From Paragordius varius (Eukaryota > Animalia > Nematomorpha), in the NCBI GenBank assembly GCA_964247055.1, contig OZ176053.1, positions 13,454,001 through 13,518,000 of the forward strand: a stretch of 64,000 nt of DNA. Direction: 5' to 3'. The position numbers and the translations under genes are program-made. Shown piece after piece: positions 37,853 to 54,449 of this stretch. The number at the start of each line of letters is the position of its first letter. The first letter of the stretch is position 1. Below the pieces are notes generated by a model. That model was not told the origin of the DNA. It searched no databases and worked only from the letters and a program-made list of their open reading frames with translations.

Positions 37853-40800
37853 TAGGGCTACCCAAAAAAAATTATGGTGACATCACCTGATCAAATTTGG
37901 ATTTTAGGTAGCCATTTTTATTTTTAAAATCGTATAAAATAATTTTTTTAAATATTTAAAAAATTCATAAAAATTAATTTATAGTCCGATCCCCAAAATA
38001 TTTGGGGTGATGATGAAACTACCATAGGGCTACGCAAAAAAAATTATGGCGACATCACCTGATCAAATTTGAATTTTAGGTAGCCATTTTTATTTTTAAA
38101 ATTGTATAAAATAAATTTTTTAAATATTAAAAAAATTCAAAAAAATTACATTTATACTCCGATCTCGACAATATTTGGGGTGATGATGGAACTACCATAG
38201 GGCTACCCAAAAAAAATTATGGTGAGATCACCTGATCAAATTTGGATTTTAGGTAGCCATTTTTATTTTTAAAATCGTATAAAATAAATTTTTTAAATAT
38301 TTAAAAAATTTATAAAAATTACATTTATACTCCGATCTCGAAAATATTTGGGGTGATGATGGAACTACCATAGGGCTGCCCAAAAAAAATTATAGTGACA
38401 TCACCTGATCAAATTTGGATTTTAGGTAGCCATTTTTATTTTTAAAATCGTATAAAATAAATTTTTTAAATATTTAAAAAATTCATAAAAATTACATTTA
38501 TACTTCGATCTCGAAAATATTTGGGGTGATGATGGAACCACCATAGGGCTACCCAAAAAAAATTATAGTGACATCACCTGATCAAATTTGAATTTTAGGT
38601 AGCCATTTTTATTTTTAAAATCGTATAAAATAAATTTTTTAAATATTTAAAAAATTCATAAAAATTACATTTATACTCCGATCTCGAAAATATTTGGGGT
38701 GATGATGGAACTACTATAGGGCTACGCAAAAAAAATTATGGCGACATTACCTGATCAAATTTGGATTTTAGGTAGCCATTTTTATTTTTAATATCGTATA
38801 AAATAAATTTTTTAAATATTAAAAAAATTCAAAAAAATTACATTTATACTCCGATCTCGACAATATTTGGGGTGATGATGGAACTACCATAGGGCTACCC
38901 AAAAAAAATTATGGTGACATCACCTGATCAAATTTGGATTTTAGGTAGCCATTTTTATTTTTAAAATCGTATAAAATAAATTTTTTAAATATTTAAAAAA
39001 TTCATAAAAATTACATTTATACTCCGATCTCGAAAATATTTGGGGTGATGATGGAACTACCATAGGGCTACCCAAAAAAAATTATAGTGACATCACCTGA
39101 TCAAATTTGGATTTTAGGTAGCCATTTTTATTTTTAAAATCGTATAAAATAAATTTTTTAAATATTTAAAAAATTCATAAAAATTACATTTATACTCCGA
39201 TCTCGAAAATATTTGGGTTGATGATGGAACTACCATAGGGCTACCCAAAAAAAATTATGGTGACATCACCTGATCAAATTTGGATTTTAGGTAGCCATTT
39301 TTATTTTTAAAATCGTATAAAATAAATTTTTTAAATATTTAAAAAATTTATAAAAATTACATTTATACTCCGATCTCGAAAATATTTGGGGTGATGATGG
39401 AACTACCATAGGGCTGCCCAAAAAAAATTATAGTGACATCACCTGATCAAATTTGGATTTTAGGTAGCCATTTTTATTTTTAAAATCGTATAAAATAAAT
39501 TTTTTAAATATTTAAAAAATTCATAAAAATTACATTTATACTCCGATCTCGAAAATATTTGGGGTGATGATGGAACTACCATAGGGCTACCCAAAAAAAA
39601 TTATAGTGACATCACCTGATCAAATTTGGATTTTAGGTAGCCATTTTTATTTTTAAAATCGTATAAAATATATTTTTGAAATATTTAAAAAATTCATAAA
39701 AATTACATTTATAGTCCGATCCCCAAAATATTTGGGGTGATGATGGAACAACCATAGGGCTACCCAAAAAAAAATATGGTGACAATACCTGATCAAATTT
39801 GGATTTTAGGTAGCCATTTTTATTTTTAAAATCGTATAAAATAAATTTTTTAAATATTTAAAAAATTCATAAAAATTACATTTATACTCCGATCTCGACA
39901 ATATTTGGGGTGATGATGGAACAACTATAGGGCTACCCAAAATAAATTATGGCGACATCACCTGATCAAATTTGGATTTTAGGTAGCCATTTTTATTTTT
40001 AAAATCGTATAAAATAAATTTTTTAAATATTTAAAAAATTCATAAAAATTACATTTATACTCCGATCTCGAAAATATTTGGGGTGATGATGGAACTACCA
40101 TAGGACCCAAAAAAATTATGGTGACATCACCTGATCAAATTTGGATTTTAGGTAGCCATTTTTATTTTTAAAATCGTATAAAATAAATTTTTTAAATATT
40201 AAAAAAATTCAAAAAAATTACATTTATACTCCGATCTCGACAATATTTGGGGTGATGATGGAACTACCATAGGGCTACCCAAAAAAAATTATGGTGACAT
40301 CACCTGATCAAATTTGGATTTTAGGTAGCCATTTTTATTTTTAAAATCGTATAAAATTTATTTTTTAAATATTTAAAAAATTCATAAAAATTACATTTAT
40401 ACTCCGATCTCGAAAATATTTGGGGTGATGATGGAACTACCATAGGGCTACCCAAAAAAAATTATAGTGACATCACCTGATCAAATTTGGATTTTAGGTA
40501 GCCATTTTTATTTTTAAAATCGTATAAAATAAATTTTTTAAATATTTAAAAAATTCATAAAAATTACATTTATACTCCGATCTCGAAAATATTTGGGGTG
40601 ATGATGGAACTACCATAGGGCTACCCAAAAAAATTTATGGTGACATCACCTGATCAAATTTGGATTTTAGGTAGCCATTTTTATTTTTAAAATCGTATAA
40701 AATAAATTTTTTAAATATTTAAAAAATTCATAAAAATTACATTTATACTCCGATCTCGAAAATATTTGGGGTGATGATGGAACTACCATAGGGCTACCCA

Positions 40801-43800
40801 AAAAAAATTATGGTGACATCACCTGATCAAATTTGGATTTTAGGTAGCCATTTTTATTTTTAAAATCGTATAAAATAAATTTTTTAAATATTTAAAAAAT
40901 TCATAAAAATTACATTTATAGTCCGATCCCCAAAATATTTGGGGTGATGATGGAACTACCATAGGGCTACCCAAAAAAATTATAGTGACATCACCTGATC
41001 AAATTTGGATTTTAGGTAGCCATTTTTATTTTTAAAATCGTATAAAATAAATTTTTTAAATATTTAAAAAATTCATAAAAATTACATTTATAGTCCGATC
41101 CCCAAAATATTTGGGGTGATGATGGAACTACCATAGGGCTACCCAAAAAAATTATAGTGACATCACCTGATCAAATTTGGATTTTAGGTAGCCATTTTTA
41201 TTTTTAAAATCGTATAAAATAAATTTTTTAAATATTTAAAAAATTCATAAAAATTACATTTATAGTCCGATCCCCAAAATATTTGGGGTGATGATGGAAC
41301 TACCATAGGGCTACACAAAAAAATTATGGTGACATCACCTGATCAAATTTGGATTTTAGGTAGCCATTTTTATTTTTAAAATCGTATAAAATAAATTTTT
41401 TAAATATTTAAAAAATTCATAAAAATTACATTTATACTCCGATCTCGAAAATATTTGGGGTGATGATGGAACTACCATAGGGCTACCCAAAAAAAATTAT
41501 AGTGACATCACCTGATCAAATTTGGATTTTAGGTAGCCATTTTTATTTTTGAAATCGTATAAAATAAATTTTTTAAATATTTAAAAAATTCATAAAAATT
41601 ACATTTATACTCCGATCTCGAAAATATTTGGGGTGATGATGGAACTACCATAGGGCTACCCAAAAAAATTATAGTGACATCACCTGATCAAATTTGGATT
41701 TTAGGTAGATATTTTTATTTTTAAAATCGTATAAAATAAATTTTTTAAATATTTAAAAAATTCATAAAAATTACATTTATAGTCCGATCCCCAAAATATT
41801 TGGGGTGATGATGGAACTACCATAGGGCTACCCAAAAAAAATTGTGGCGACATCACCTGATCAAATTTGGATTTTAGGTAGCCATTTTTATTTTTAAAAT
41901 CGTATAAAATAAATTTTTTAAATATTTAAAAAATTCATAAAAATTACATTTATACTCCGATCTCGACAATATTTGGGGTGATGATGGAACTACCATAGGG
42001 CTACCCAAAAAAATTTATGGTGACATCACCTGATCAAATTTGGATTTTAGGTAGCCATTTTTATTTTTAAAATCGTATAAAATAAATTTTTTAAATATTT
42101 AAAAAATTCATAAAAATTACATTTATAGTCCGATCCCCAAAATATTTGGGGTGATGATGGAACTACCATAGGGCTACCCAAAAAAAATTATGGCGACATC
42201 ACCTGATCAAATTTGGATTTTAGGTAGCCATTTTTATTTTTAAAATCGTATAAAATAAATTTTTTAAATATTTAAAAAATTCATAAAAATTACATTTATA
42301 CTCCGATCTCGAGAAAATTTGGGGTGATGATGGAACTACCATAGGGCTACCCAAAAAATTTATGGTGACATCACCTGATCAAATTTGGATTTTAGGTAGC
42401 CATTTTTATTTTTAAAATAGTATAAAATAAATTTTTTAAATATTTAAAAAATTCATAAAAATTACATTTATAGTCCGATCCCCAAAATATTTGGGGTGAT
42501 GATGGAACTACCATAGGGCTACCCAAAAAAAATTATGGCGACATCACCTGATCAAATTTTGATTTTAGGTAGCCATTTTTTATTTTTAAAATCGTATAAA
42601 ATAAATTTTTTAAATATTTAAAAAATTCATAAAAATTACATTTATACTCCGATCTCGAAAATATTTGGGGTGATGATGGAACTACTATAGGGCTACCCAA
42701 AAAAAATTATGGTGACATCACCTGATCAAATTTGGATTTTAGGTAGCCATTTTTATTTTTAAAATCGTATAAAATAAATTTTTTAAATATTTAAAAAATT
42801 CATAAAAATTACATTTATACTCCGATCTCGAAAATATTTGGGGTGATGATGGAACTACTATAGGGCTACCCAAAAAAAATTTTCGCGACATCACCTGATC
42901 AAATTTGGATTTTAGGTAGCCATTTTTATTTTTAATATCGTATAAAATAAATTTTTTAAATATTTAAAAAATTCATAAAAATTACATTTATACTCCGATC
43001 TCGAAAATATTTGGGGTGATGATGGAACTACTATAGGGCTACCCAAAAAAAATTTTGGCGACATCACCTGATCAAATTTGGATTTTAGGTAGCCATTTTT
43101 ATTTTTAAAATCGTATAAAATAAATTTTTTAAATATTTAAAAAATTCATAAAAATTACATTTATAGTCCGATCCCCAAAATATTTGGGGTGATGATGGAA
43201 CTACTATAGGGCTACCCAAAAAAAATTTTGGCGATATCACATGATCAAATTTGGATTTTAGGTAGCCATTTTTATTTTTAAAATCGTATAAAATAAATTT
43301 TTTAAATATTTAAAAAAATCATAAAAATTACATTTATAGTCCGATCCCCAAAATATTTGGGGTGATGATGGAACTACCATAGGGCTACCCAAAAAAAATT
43401 ATGGCAACATCACCTGATCAAATTTGGATTTTTGGTAGCCATTTTTATTTTTAAAATCGTATAAAATAAATTTTTTAAATATTTAAAAAATTCATAAAAA
43501 TTACATTTATAGTCCGATCCCCAAAATATTTGGGGTGATGATGGAACTACCATAGGGCTACGCAAAAAAAATTATGGTGACATCACCTGATCAAATTTGG
43601 ATTTTAGGTAGCCATTTTTATTTTTAAAATCGTATAAAATAAATTTTTTAAATATTTAAAAAATTCATAAAAATTACATTTATAGTCCGATCCCCAAAAT
43701 ATTTGGGGTGATGATGGAACTACCATAGGGCTACCCAAAAAAAATTATAGTGACATCACCTGATCAAATTTGGATTTTAGGTAGCCATTTTTATTTTTAA

Positions 43801-43899
43801 AATCGTATAAAATAAATTTTTTAAATATTTAAAAAAATCATAAAAATTACATTTATAGTCCGATCCCCAAAATATTTGGGGTGATGATGGAACTACCAT

Positions 43900-46800
43900 A
43901 GGGGCTACCCAAAAAAAATTATAGTGACATCACCTGATCAAATTTGGATTTTAGGTAGATATTTTTATTTTTAAAATCGTATAAAATAAATTTTTTAAAT
44001 ATTTAAAAAATTCATAAAAATTACATTTATAGTCCGATCCCCAAAATATTTGGGGTGATGATGGAACTACCATAGGGCTACCCAAAAAAATTATGGTGAC
44101 ATCACCTGATCAAATTTGGATTTTAGGTAGCCATTTTTATTTTTAAAATCGTATAAAATAAATTTTTTAAATATTTAAAAAATTCATAAAAATTACATTT
44201 ATACTCCGATCTCGAGAATATTTGGGGTGATGATGGAACTACCATAGGGCTACCCAAAAAAATTTATGGTGACATCACCTGATCAAATTTGGATTTTAGG
44301 TAGCCATTTTTATTTTTAAAATCGTATAAAATAAATTTTTTAAATATTTAAAAAATTCATAAAAATTACATTTATAGTCCGATCCCCAAAATATTTGGGG
44401 TGATGATGGAACTACCATAGGGCTACCCAAAAAAAATTATGGCGACATCACCTGATCAAATTTTGATTTTATGTAGCGATTTTTTATTTTTAAAATCGTA
44501 TAAAATAAATTTTTTAAATATTTATCATAAAAATTACATTTATACTCCGATCTCGAAAATATTTGGGGTGATGATGGAACTACTATAGGGCTACCCAAAA
44601 AAAATTTTGGCGACATCACCTGATCAAATTTGGATTTTAGGTAGCCATTTTTATTTTTAAAATCGTATAAAATAAATTTTTTAAATATTTAAAAAATTCA
44701 TAAAAATTACATTTATACTCCGATCTCGAAAATATTTGGGGTGATGATGGAACTACCATAGGGCTACCCAAAAAAATTATGGTGACATCACCTGACAAAA
44801 TTTGGATTTTAGGTAGCCATTTTTATTTTTAAAATCGTATAAAATAAATTTTTTAAATATTTAAAAAATTCATAAAAATTACATTTATACTCCGATCTCG
44901 AAAATATTTGGGGTGATGATGGAACTACTATAGGGCTACCCAAAAAAAATTTTGGCGACATCACCTGATCAAATTTGGATTTCAGGTAGCCATTTTTATT
45001 TTTAAAATCGTATAAAATAAATTTTTTAAATATTTAAAAAATTCATAAAAATTACATTTATACTCCGATCTCGAAAATATTTGGGGTGATGATGGAACTA
45101 CCATAGGGCTACCCAAAAAAAATTATGTTGACATCACCTAATCAAATTTGGATTTTAGGTAGCCATTTTTATTTTTAAAATCGTATAAAATAAATTTTTT
45201 AAATATTTAAAAAATTCATAAAAATTACATTTATACTCCGATCTCGAAAATATTTGGGGTGATGATGGAACTACCATAGGGCTACCCAAAAAAAATTATG
45301 TTGACATCACCTAATCAAATTTGGATTTTAGGTAGCCATTTTTATTTTTAAAATCGTATAAAATAAATTTTTTAAATATTTAAAAAATTCATAAAAAATA
45401 CATTTATAGTCCGATCCCCAAAATATTTGGGGTGATGATGGAACTACCATAGGGCTACCCAAAAAAAATTATGGCCACATCACCTGATCAAATTTGGATT
45501 TTAGGTAGCCATTTTTATTTTTAAAATCGTATAAAATAAATTTTTTAAATATTTAAAAAATTCATAAAAATTACATTTATACTCCGATCTCGAAAATATT
45601 TGGGGTGATGATGGAACTACCATAGGGCTACCCAAAAAAAATTATGGCGACATCACCTGATCAAATTTGGATTTTAGGTAGCCATTTTTATTTTTAAAAT
45701 CGTATAAAATAAATTTTTTAAATATTTTAAAAATTCAAAAAAATTACATTTATACTCCGATCTCGACAATATTTGGGGTGATGATGGAACTACCATAGGG
45801 CTACCCAAAAAAAATTATGGTGACATCACCTGATCAAATTTGGATTTTAGGTAGCCATTTTTATTTTTAAAATCGTATAAAATAAATTTTTTAAATATTT
45901 AAAAAATTCATAAAAATTACATTTATAGTCCGATCCCCAAAGTATTTGGGGTGATGATGGAACTACCATAAGGCTACCCAAAAAAATTATAGTGACATCA
46001 CCTGATCAAATTTGGATTTTCGGTAGCCATTTTTATTTTTAAAATCGTATAAAATAAATTTTTTAAATATTTAAAAAATTCATAAAAATTACATTTATAC
46101 TCCGATCTCGAAAATATTTGGGGTGATGATGGAACTACCATAGGGCTACCCAAAAAAATTATGGTGACATCACCTGATCAAATTTGGATTTTAGGTAGCC
46201 ATTTTTATTTTTAAAATCGTATAAAATAAATTTTTTAAATATTCAAAAAATTCATAAAAATTACATTTATAGTCCGATCCCCAAAATATTTGGGATGATG
46301 ATGGAACTACTATAGGGCTACCCAAAAAAAATTTTGGCGACATCACCTGATCAAATTTGGATTTTAGGTAGCCATTTTTATTTTTAAAATCGTATAAAAT
46401 AAATTTTTTAAATATTTAAAAAATTCATAAAAATTACATTTATAGTCCGATCCCCAAAATATTTGGGGTGATGATGGAACTACCATAGGGCTACCCAAAA
46501 AAAATTATGGTGACATCACCTGATCAATTTTGGATTTTAGGTAGCCATTTTTATTTTTAAAATCGTATAAATTAAATTTTTTAAATATTTAAAAAATTCA
46601 TAAAAATTACATTTATACTCCGATCTCGAAAATATTTGGGGTGATGATGGAACTACCATAGGGCTACCCAAAAAAAATTATAGTGACATCACCTGATCAA
46701 ATTTGGATTTTAGGTAGCCATTTTTATTTTTAAAATCGTATAAAATAAATTTTTTAAATATTTAAAAAATTCATAAAAATTACATTTATAGTCCGATCCC

Positions 46801-49800
46801 CAAAATATTTGGGATGATGATGGAACTACCATAGGGCTACCCAAAAAAAATTATGTTGACATCACCTGATCAAATTTGGATTTTAGGTAGCCATTTTTAT
46901 TTTTAAAATCGTAAAAAATAAATTTTTTAAATATTTAAAAAATTCATAAAAAATACATTTATAGTCCGATCCCCAAAATATTTGGGGTGATGATGGAACT
47001 ACCATAGGGCTACCCAAAAAAAATTATGGCGACATCACCTGATCAAATTTGGATTTTAGGTAGCCATTTTTATTTTTAAAATCGTATAAAATAAATTTTT
47101 TAAATATTTAAAAAATTCATAAAAATTACATTTATACTCCGATCCCCAAAATATTTGGGGTGATGATGGAACTACCATAGGGCTACGCAAAAAAAATTAT
47201 GGTGACATCACCTGATCAAATTTGGATTTTAGGTAGCCATTTTTATTTTTAAAATCGTATAAAATAAATTTTTTAAATATTTAAAAAATTCATAAAAATT
47301 ACATTTATAGTCCGATCCCCAAAATATTTGGGGTGATGATGGAACTACCATAGGGCTACCCAAAAAAAATTATGGCGACATCACCTGATCAAATTTGGAT
47401 TTTAGGTAGCCATTTTTATTTTTAAAATCGTATAAAATAAATTTTTTAAATATTTAAAAAATTCATAAAAATTACATTTATAGTCCGATCCCCAAAATAT
47501 TTGGGGTGATGATGGAACTACCATAGGGCTACCCAAAAAAATTATAGTGACATCACCTGATAAAATTTGGATTTTAGGTAGATATTTTTATTTTTAAAAT
47601 CGTATAAAATAAATTTTTTAAATATTTAAAAAATTCATAAAAATTACATTTATAGTCCGATCCCCAAAATATTTGGGGTGATGATGGAACTACCATAGGG
47701 CTACCCAAAAAAAATATGGTGACATCACCTGATCAAATTTGGATTTTAGGTAGCCATTTTTATTTTTAAAATCGTATAAAATAAATTTTTTAAATATTTA
47801 AAAAATTCTTAAAATTACATTTATACTCCGATCTCGAGAATATTTGGGGTGATGATGGAACTACCATAGGGCTACCCAAAAAAATTTATGGTGACATCAC
47901 CTGATCAAATTTGGATTTTAGGTAGCCATTTTTATTTTTAAAATCGTATAAAATAAATTTTTTAAATATTTAAAAAATTCATAAAAATTACATTTATAGT
48001 CCGATCCCCAAAATATTTGGGGTGATGATGGAACTACCATAGGGCTACCCAAAAAAAATTATGGCGACATCACCTGATCAAATTTTGATTTTATGTAGCG
48101 ATTTTTTATTTTTAAAATCGTATAAAATAAATTTTTTAAATATTTAAAAAATTCATAAAAATTACATTTATACTCCGATCTCGAAAATATTTGGGGTGAT
48201 GATGGAACTACCATAGGGCTACCCAAAAAAATTATGGTGACATCACCTGATCAAATTTGGATTTTAGGTAGCCATTTTTATTTTTAAAATCGTATAAAAT
48301 AAATTTTTTAAATATTTAAAAAATTCATAAAAATTACATTTATACTCCGATCTCGAAAATATTTGGGGTGATGATGAACGACTATAGGGCTACCCAAAAA
48401 AAATTTTGGCGACATCACCTGATCAAATTTGGATTTTAGGTAGCCATTTTTATTTTTAAAATCGTATAAAATAAATTTTTTAAATATTTAAAAATAAAAA
48501 TTACATTTATACTCCGATCTCGAAAATATTTGGGGTGATGATGGAACTACCATAGGGCTACCCAAAAAAAATTATGTTGACATCACCTAATCAAATTTGG
48601 ATTTTAGGTAGCCATTTTTATTTTTAAAATCGTATAAAATAAATTTTTTAAATATTTAAAAAATTCATAAAAATTACATTTATACTCCGATCTCGAAAAT
48701 ATTTGGGGTGATGATGGAACTACCATAGGGCTACCCAAAAAAAATTATGTTGACATCACCTAATCAAATTTGGATTTTAGGTAGCCATTTTTATTTTTAA
48801 AATCGTATAAAATAAATTTTTTAAATATTTAAAAAATTTATAAAAATTACATTTATACTCCGATCTCGAAAATATTTGGGGTGATGATGGAACTACCATA
48901 GGGCTACCCAAAAAAAATTATGTTGACATCACCTGATCAAATTTGGATTTTAGGTAGCCATTTTTATTTTTAAAATCGTATAAAATAAATTTTTTAAATA
49001 TTTAAAAAATTCATAAAAAATACATTTATAGTCCGATCCCCAAAATATTTGGGGTGATGATGGAACTACCATAGGGCTACCCAAAAAAAATTATGGCCAC
49101 ATCACCTGATCAAATTTGGATTTTAGGTAGCCATTTTTATTTTTAAAATCGTATAAAATAAATTTTTTAAATATTTAAAAAATTCATAAAAATTACATTT
49201 ATACTCCGATCTCGAAAATATTTGGGGTGATGATGGAACTACCATAGGGCTACCCAAAAAAAATTATGGCGACATCACCTGATCAAATTTGGATTTTAGG
49301 TAGCCATTTTTATTTTTAAAATCGTATAAAATAAATTTTTTAAATATTTTAAAAATTCAAAAAAATATCATTTATACTCCGATCTCGACAATATTTGGGG
49401 TGATGATGGAACTACCATAGGGCTACCCAAAAAAAATTATGGTGACATCACCTGATCAAATTTGGATTTTAGGTAGCCATTTTTATTTTTAAAATCGTAT
49501 AAAATAAATTTTTTAAATATTTAAAAAATTCATAAAAATTACATTTATAGTCCGATCCCCAAAGTATTTGGGGTGATGATGGAACTACCATAAGGCTACC
49601 CAAAAAAATTATAGTGACATCACCTGATCAAATTTGGATTTTCGGTAGCCATTTTTATTTTTAAAATCGTATAAAATAAATTTTTTAAATATTTAAAAAA
49701 TTCATAAAAATTACATTTATACTCCGATCTCGAAAATATTTGGGGTGATGATGGAACTACCATAGGGCTACCCAAAAAAATTATGGTGACATCACCTGAT

Positions 49801-50300
49801 CAAATTTGGATTTTAGGTAGCCATTTTTATTTTTAAAATCGTATAAAATAAATTTTTTAAATATTTAAAAAATTCATAAAAATTACATTTATAGTCCGAT
49901 CCCCAAAATATTTGGGATGATGATGGAACTACTATAGGGCTACCCAAAAAAAATTTTGGCGACATCACCTGATCAAATTTGGATTTTAGGTAGCCATTTT
50001 TATTTTTAAAATCGTATAAAATAAATTTTTTAAATATTTAAAAAATTCATAAAAATTACATTTATAGTCCGATCCCCAAAATATTTGGGGTGATGATGGA
50101 ACTACCATAGTACCCAAAAAAAATTATGGTGACATCACCTGATCAATTTTGGATTTTAGGTAGCCATTTTTATTTTTAAAATCGTATAAATTAAATTTTT
50201 TAAATATTTAAAAAATTCATAAAAATTACATTTATACTCCGATCTCGAAAATATTTGGGGTGATGATGGAACTACCATAGGGCTACCCAAAAAAAATTAT
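43900..50300. repeat. Long-period duplication in satellite B: 21-monomer period (~3622 bp)
   Basis: ATGTAGCG at 44471/48093, ATGGCCAC at 45471/49093, AAGTATTT (G) at 45942/49564, CGGTAG at 46021/49643 and GGGATGA (A) at 46295/49917 all give offset 3622. Confidence 0.88.
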
Positions 50301-50799
50301 GTTGACATCACCTGATCAAATTTGGATTTTAGGTAGCCATTTTTATTTTTAAAATCGTATAAAATAAATTTTTTAAATATTTAAAAAATTCATAAAAAAT
50401 ACATTTATAGTCCGATCCCCAAAATATTTGGGGTGATGATGGAACTACCATAGGGCTACCCAAAAAAAATTATGGTGACATCACCTGATCAATTTTGGAT
50501 TTTAGGTAGCCATTTTTATTTTTAAAATCGTATAAATTAAATTTTTTAAATATTTAAAAAATTCATAAAAATTACATTTATACTCCGATCTCGAAAATAT
50601 TTGGGGTGATGATGGAACTACCATAGGGCTACCCAAAAAAAATTATGTTGACATCACCTGATCAAATTTGGATTTTAGGTAGCCATTTTTATTTTTAAAA
50701 TCGTATAAAATAAATTTTTTAAATATTTAAAAAATTCATAAAAATTACATTTATACTCCGATCTCGAAAATATTTGGGGTGATGATGGAACTACCATAG

Positions 50800-53780
50800 G
50801 GCTACCCAAAAAAAATTATGGCGACATCACCTGATCATTTTTGGATTTTAGGTAGCCATTTTTATTTTTAAAATCGTATAAAATAAATTTTTTAAATATT
50901 TTAAAAATTCAAAAAAATTACATTTATACTCCGATCTCGACAATATTTGGGGTGATGATGGAACTACCATAGGGCTACCCAAAAAAAATTATGTTGACAT
51001 CACCTAATCAAATTTGGATTTTAGGTAGCCATTTTTATTTTTAAAATCGTATAAAATAAATTTTTTAAATATTTAAAAAATTTATAAAAATTACATTTAT
51101 ACTCCGATCTCGAAAATATTTGGGGTGATGATGGAACTACCATAGGGCTACCCAAAAAAAATTATGTTGACATCACCTGATCAAATTTGGATTTTAGGTA
51201 GCCATTTTTATTTTTAAAATCGTATAAAATAAATTTTTTAAATATTTAAAAAATTCATAAAAAATACATTTATAGTCCGATCCCCAAAATATTTGGGGTG
51301 ATGATGGAACTACCATAGGGCTACCCAAAAAAAATTATGGCGACATCACCTGATCAAATTTGGATTTTAGGTAGCCATTTTTATTTTTAAAATCGTATAA
51401 AATAAATTTTTTAAATATTTAAAAAATTCATAAAAATTACATTTATAGTCCGATCCCCAAAATATTTGGGGTGATGATGGAACTACCATAGGGCTACCCA
51501 AAAAAATTATAGTGACATCACCTGATCAAATTTGGATTTTAGGTAGCCATTTTTATTTTTAAAATCGTATAAAATAAATTTTTTAAATATTTAAAAAATT
51601 CATAAAAAATACATTTATAGTCCGATCCCCAAAATATTTGGGGTGATGATGGAACTACCATAGGGCTACCCAAAAAAAATTATGGCGACATCACCTGATC
51701 ATTTTTGGATTTTAGGTAGCCATTTTTATTTTTAAAATCGTATAAAATAAATTTTTTAAATATTTTAAAAATTCAAAAAAATTACATTTATACTCCGATC
51801 TCGAAAATATTTGGGGTGATGATGGAACTACCATAGGGCTACCCAAAAAAAATTATGGCGACATCACCTGATCATTTTTGGATTTTAGGTAGCCATTTTT
51901 ATTTTTAAAATCGTATAAAATAAATTTTTTAAATATTTTAAAAATTCAAAAAAATTACATTTATACTCCGATCTCGACAATATTTGGGGTGATGATGGAA
52001 CTACCATAGGGCTACCCAAAAAAAATTATGTTGACATCACCTAATCAAATTTGGATTTTAGGTAGCCATTTTTATTTTTAAAATCGTATAAAATAAATTT
52101 TTTAAATATTTAAAAAATTTATAAAAATTACATTTATACTCCGATCTCGAAAATATTTGGGGTGATGATGGAACTACCATAGGGCTACCCAAAAAAAATT
52201 ATGTTGACATCACCTGATCAAATTTGGATTTTAGGTAGCCATTTTTATTTTTAAAATCGTATAAAATAAATTTTTTAAATATTTAAAAAATTCATAAAAA
52301 ATACATTTATAGTCCGATCCCCAAAATATTTGGGGTGATGATGGAACTACCATAGGGCTACCCAAAAAAAATTATGGCGACATCACCTGATCAAATTTGG
52401 ATTTTAGGTAGCCATTTTTATTTTTAAAATCGTATAAAATAAATTTTTTAAATATTTAAAAAATTCATAAAAATTACATTTATAGTCCGATCCCCAAAAT
52501 ATTTGGGGTGATGATGGAACTACCATAGGGCTACCCAAAAAAATTATAGTGACATCACCTGATCAAATTTGGATTTTAGGTAGCCATTTTTATTTTTAAA
52601 ATCGTATAAAATAAATTTTTTAAATATTTAAAAAATTCATAAAAAATACATTTATAGTCCGATCCCCAAAATATTTGGGGTGATGATGGAACTACCATAG
52701 GGCTACCCAAAAAAAATTATGGCGACATCACCTGATCATTTTTGGATTTTAGGTAGCCATTTTTATTTTTAAAATCGTATAAAATAAATTTTTTAAATAT
52801 TTTAAAAATTCAAAAAAATTACATTTATACTCCGATCTCGACAATATTTGGGGTGATGATGGAACTACCATAGGGCTACCCAAAAAAAATTATGTTGACA
52901 TCACCTAATCAAATTTGGATTTTAGGTAGCCATTTTTATTTTTAAAATCGTATAAAATAAATTTTTTAAATATTTAAAAAATTTATAAAAATTACATTTA
53001 TACTCCGATCTCGAAAATATTTGGGGTGATGATGGAACTACCATAGGGCTACCCAAAAAAAATTATGTTGACATCACCTGATCAAATTTGGATTTTAGGT
53101 AGCCATTTTTATTTTTAAAATCGTATAAAATAAATTTTTTAAATATTTAAAAAATTCATAAAAAATACATTTATAGTCCGATCCCCAAAATATTTGGGGT
53201 GATGATGGAACTACCATAGGGCTACCCAAAAAAAATTATGGCGACATCACCTGATCAAATTTGGATTTTAGGTAGCCATTTTTATTTTTAAAATCGTATA
53301 AAATAAATTTTTTAAATATTTAAAAAATTTATAAAAATTACATTTATAGTCCGATCCCCAAAATATTTGGGGTGATGATGGAACTACCATAGGGCTACCC
53401 AAAAAAATTATAGTGACATCACCTGATCAAATTTGGATTTTAGGTAGCCATTTTTATTTTTAAAATCGTATAAAATAAATTTTTTAAATATTTAAAAAAT
53501 TCATAAAAAATACATTTATAGTCCGATCCCCAAAATATTTGGGGTGATGATGGAACTACCATAGGGCTACCCAAAAAAAATTATGGCGACATCACCTGAT
53601 CAAATTTGGATTTTAGGTAGCCATTTTTATTTTTAAAATCGTATAAAATAAATTTTTTAAATATTTAAAAAATTCATAAAAATTACATTTATAGTCCGAT
53701 CCCCAAAATATTTGGGGTAATGATGGAACTACCATAGGGCTACCCAAAAAAATTATAGTGACATCACCTGATCAAATTTG
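50800..53780. repeat. Higher-order repeat in satellite B: 5-monomer unit (864 bp), about 3 copies
   Basis: The GATCATTTTTGG variant is at 50836/51700 and 51873/52737 (offset 864), with the same ordered series of five monomer types following 50836, 51873 and 52737. Confidence 0.85.
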
Positions 53781-54449
53781 GATTTTAGGTAGCCATTTTT
53801 ATTTTTAAAATCGTATAAAATAAATTTTTTAAATATTTAAAAAATTTATAAAAATTACATTTATACTCCGATCTCGAAAATATTTGGGGTGATGATGGAA
53901 CTACCATAGAGCTACCCAAAAAAAATTATAGTGACATCACCTGATCAAATTTGGATTTTAGGTAGCCATTTTTATTTTTGAAATCGTATAAAATAAATTT
54001 TTTAAATATTTAAAAAATTCATAAAAATTACATTTATACTCCGATCTCGAAAATATTTGGGGTGATGATGGAACTACCATAGGGCTACCCAAAAAAAATT
54101 ATGGCGACATCACCTGATCAAATTTTGATTTTAGGTAGCCATTTTTTAATTTTAAAATCGTATAAAATAAATTTTTTAAATATTTAAAAAATTCATAAAA
54201 ATTACATTTATACTCCGATCTCGAAAATATTTGGGGTGATGATGGAACTACCATAGGGCTACCCAAAAAAAATTATGGTGACATCACCTGATCAAATTTG
54301 GATTTTAGGTAGCCATTTTTATTTTTAAAATCGTATAAAATAAATTTTTTAAATATTTAAAAAATTCATAAAAATTACATTTATAGTCCGATCCCCAAAA
54401 TATTTGGGGTGATGATGGAACTACCATAGGGCTACCCAAAAAAAATTAT

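Noticed and set aside
44437-44619. 60-aa minus-strand ORF (MMSPKFFLG...)
   Set aside because: It is a translation of one B monomer from a GTG. It is open only because the TTTTGG allele removes the usual TAA and local indels keep the frame.
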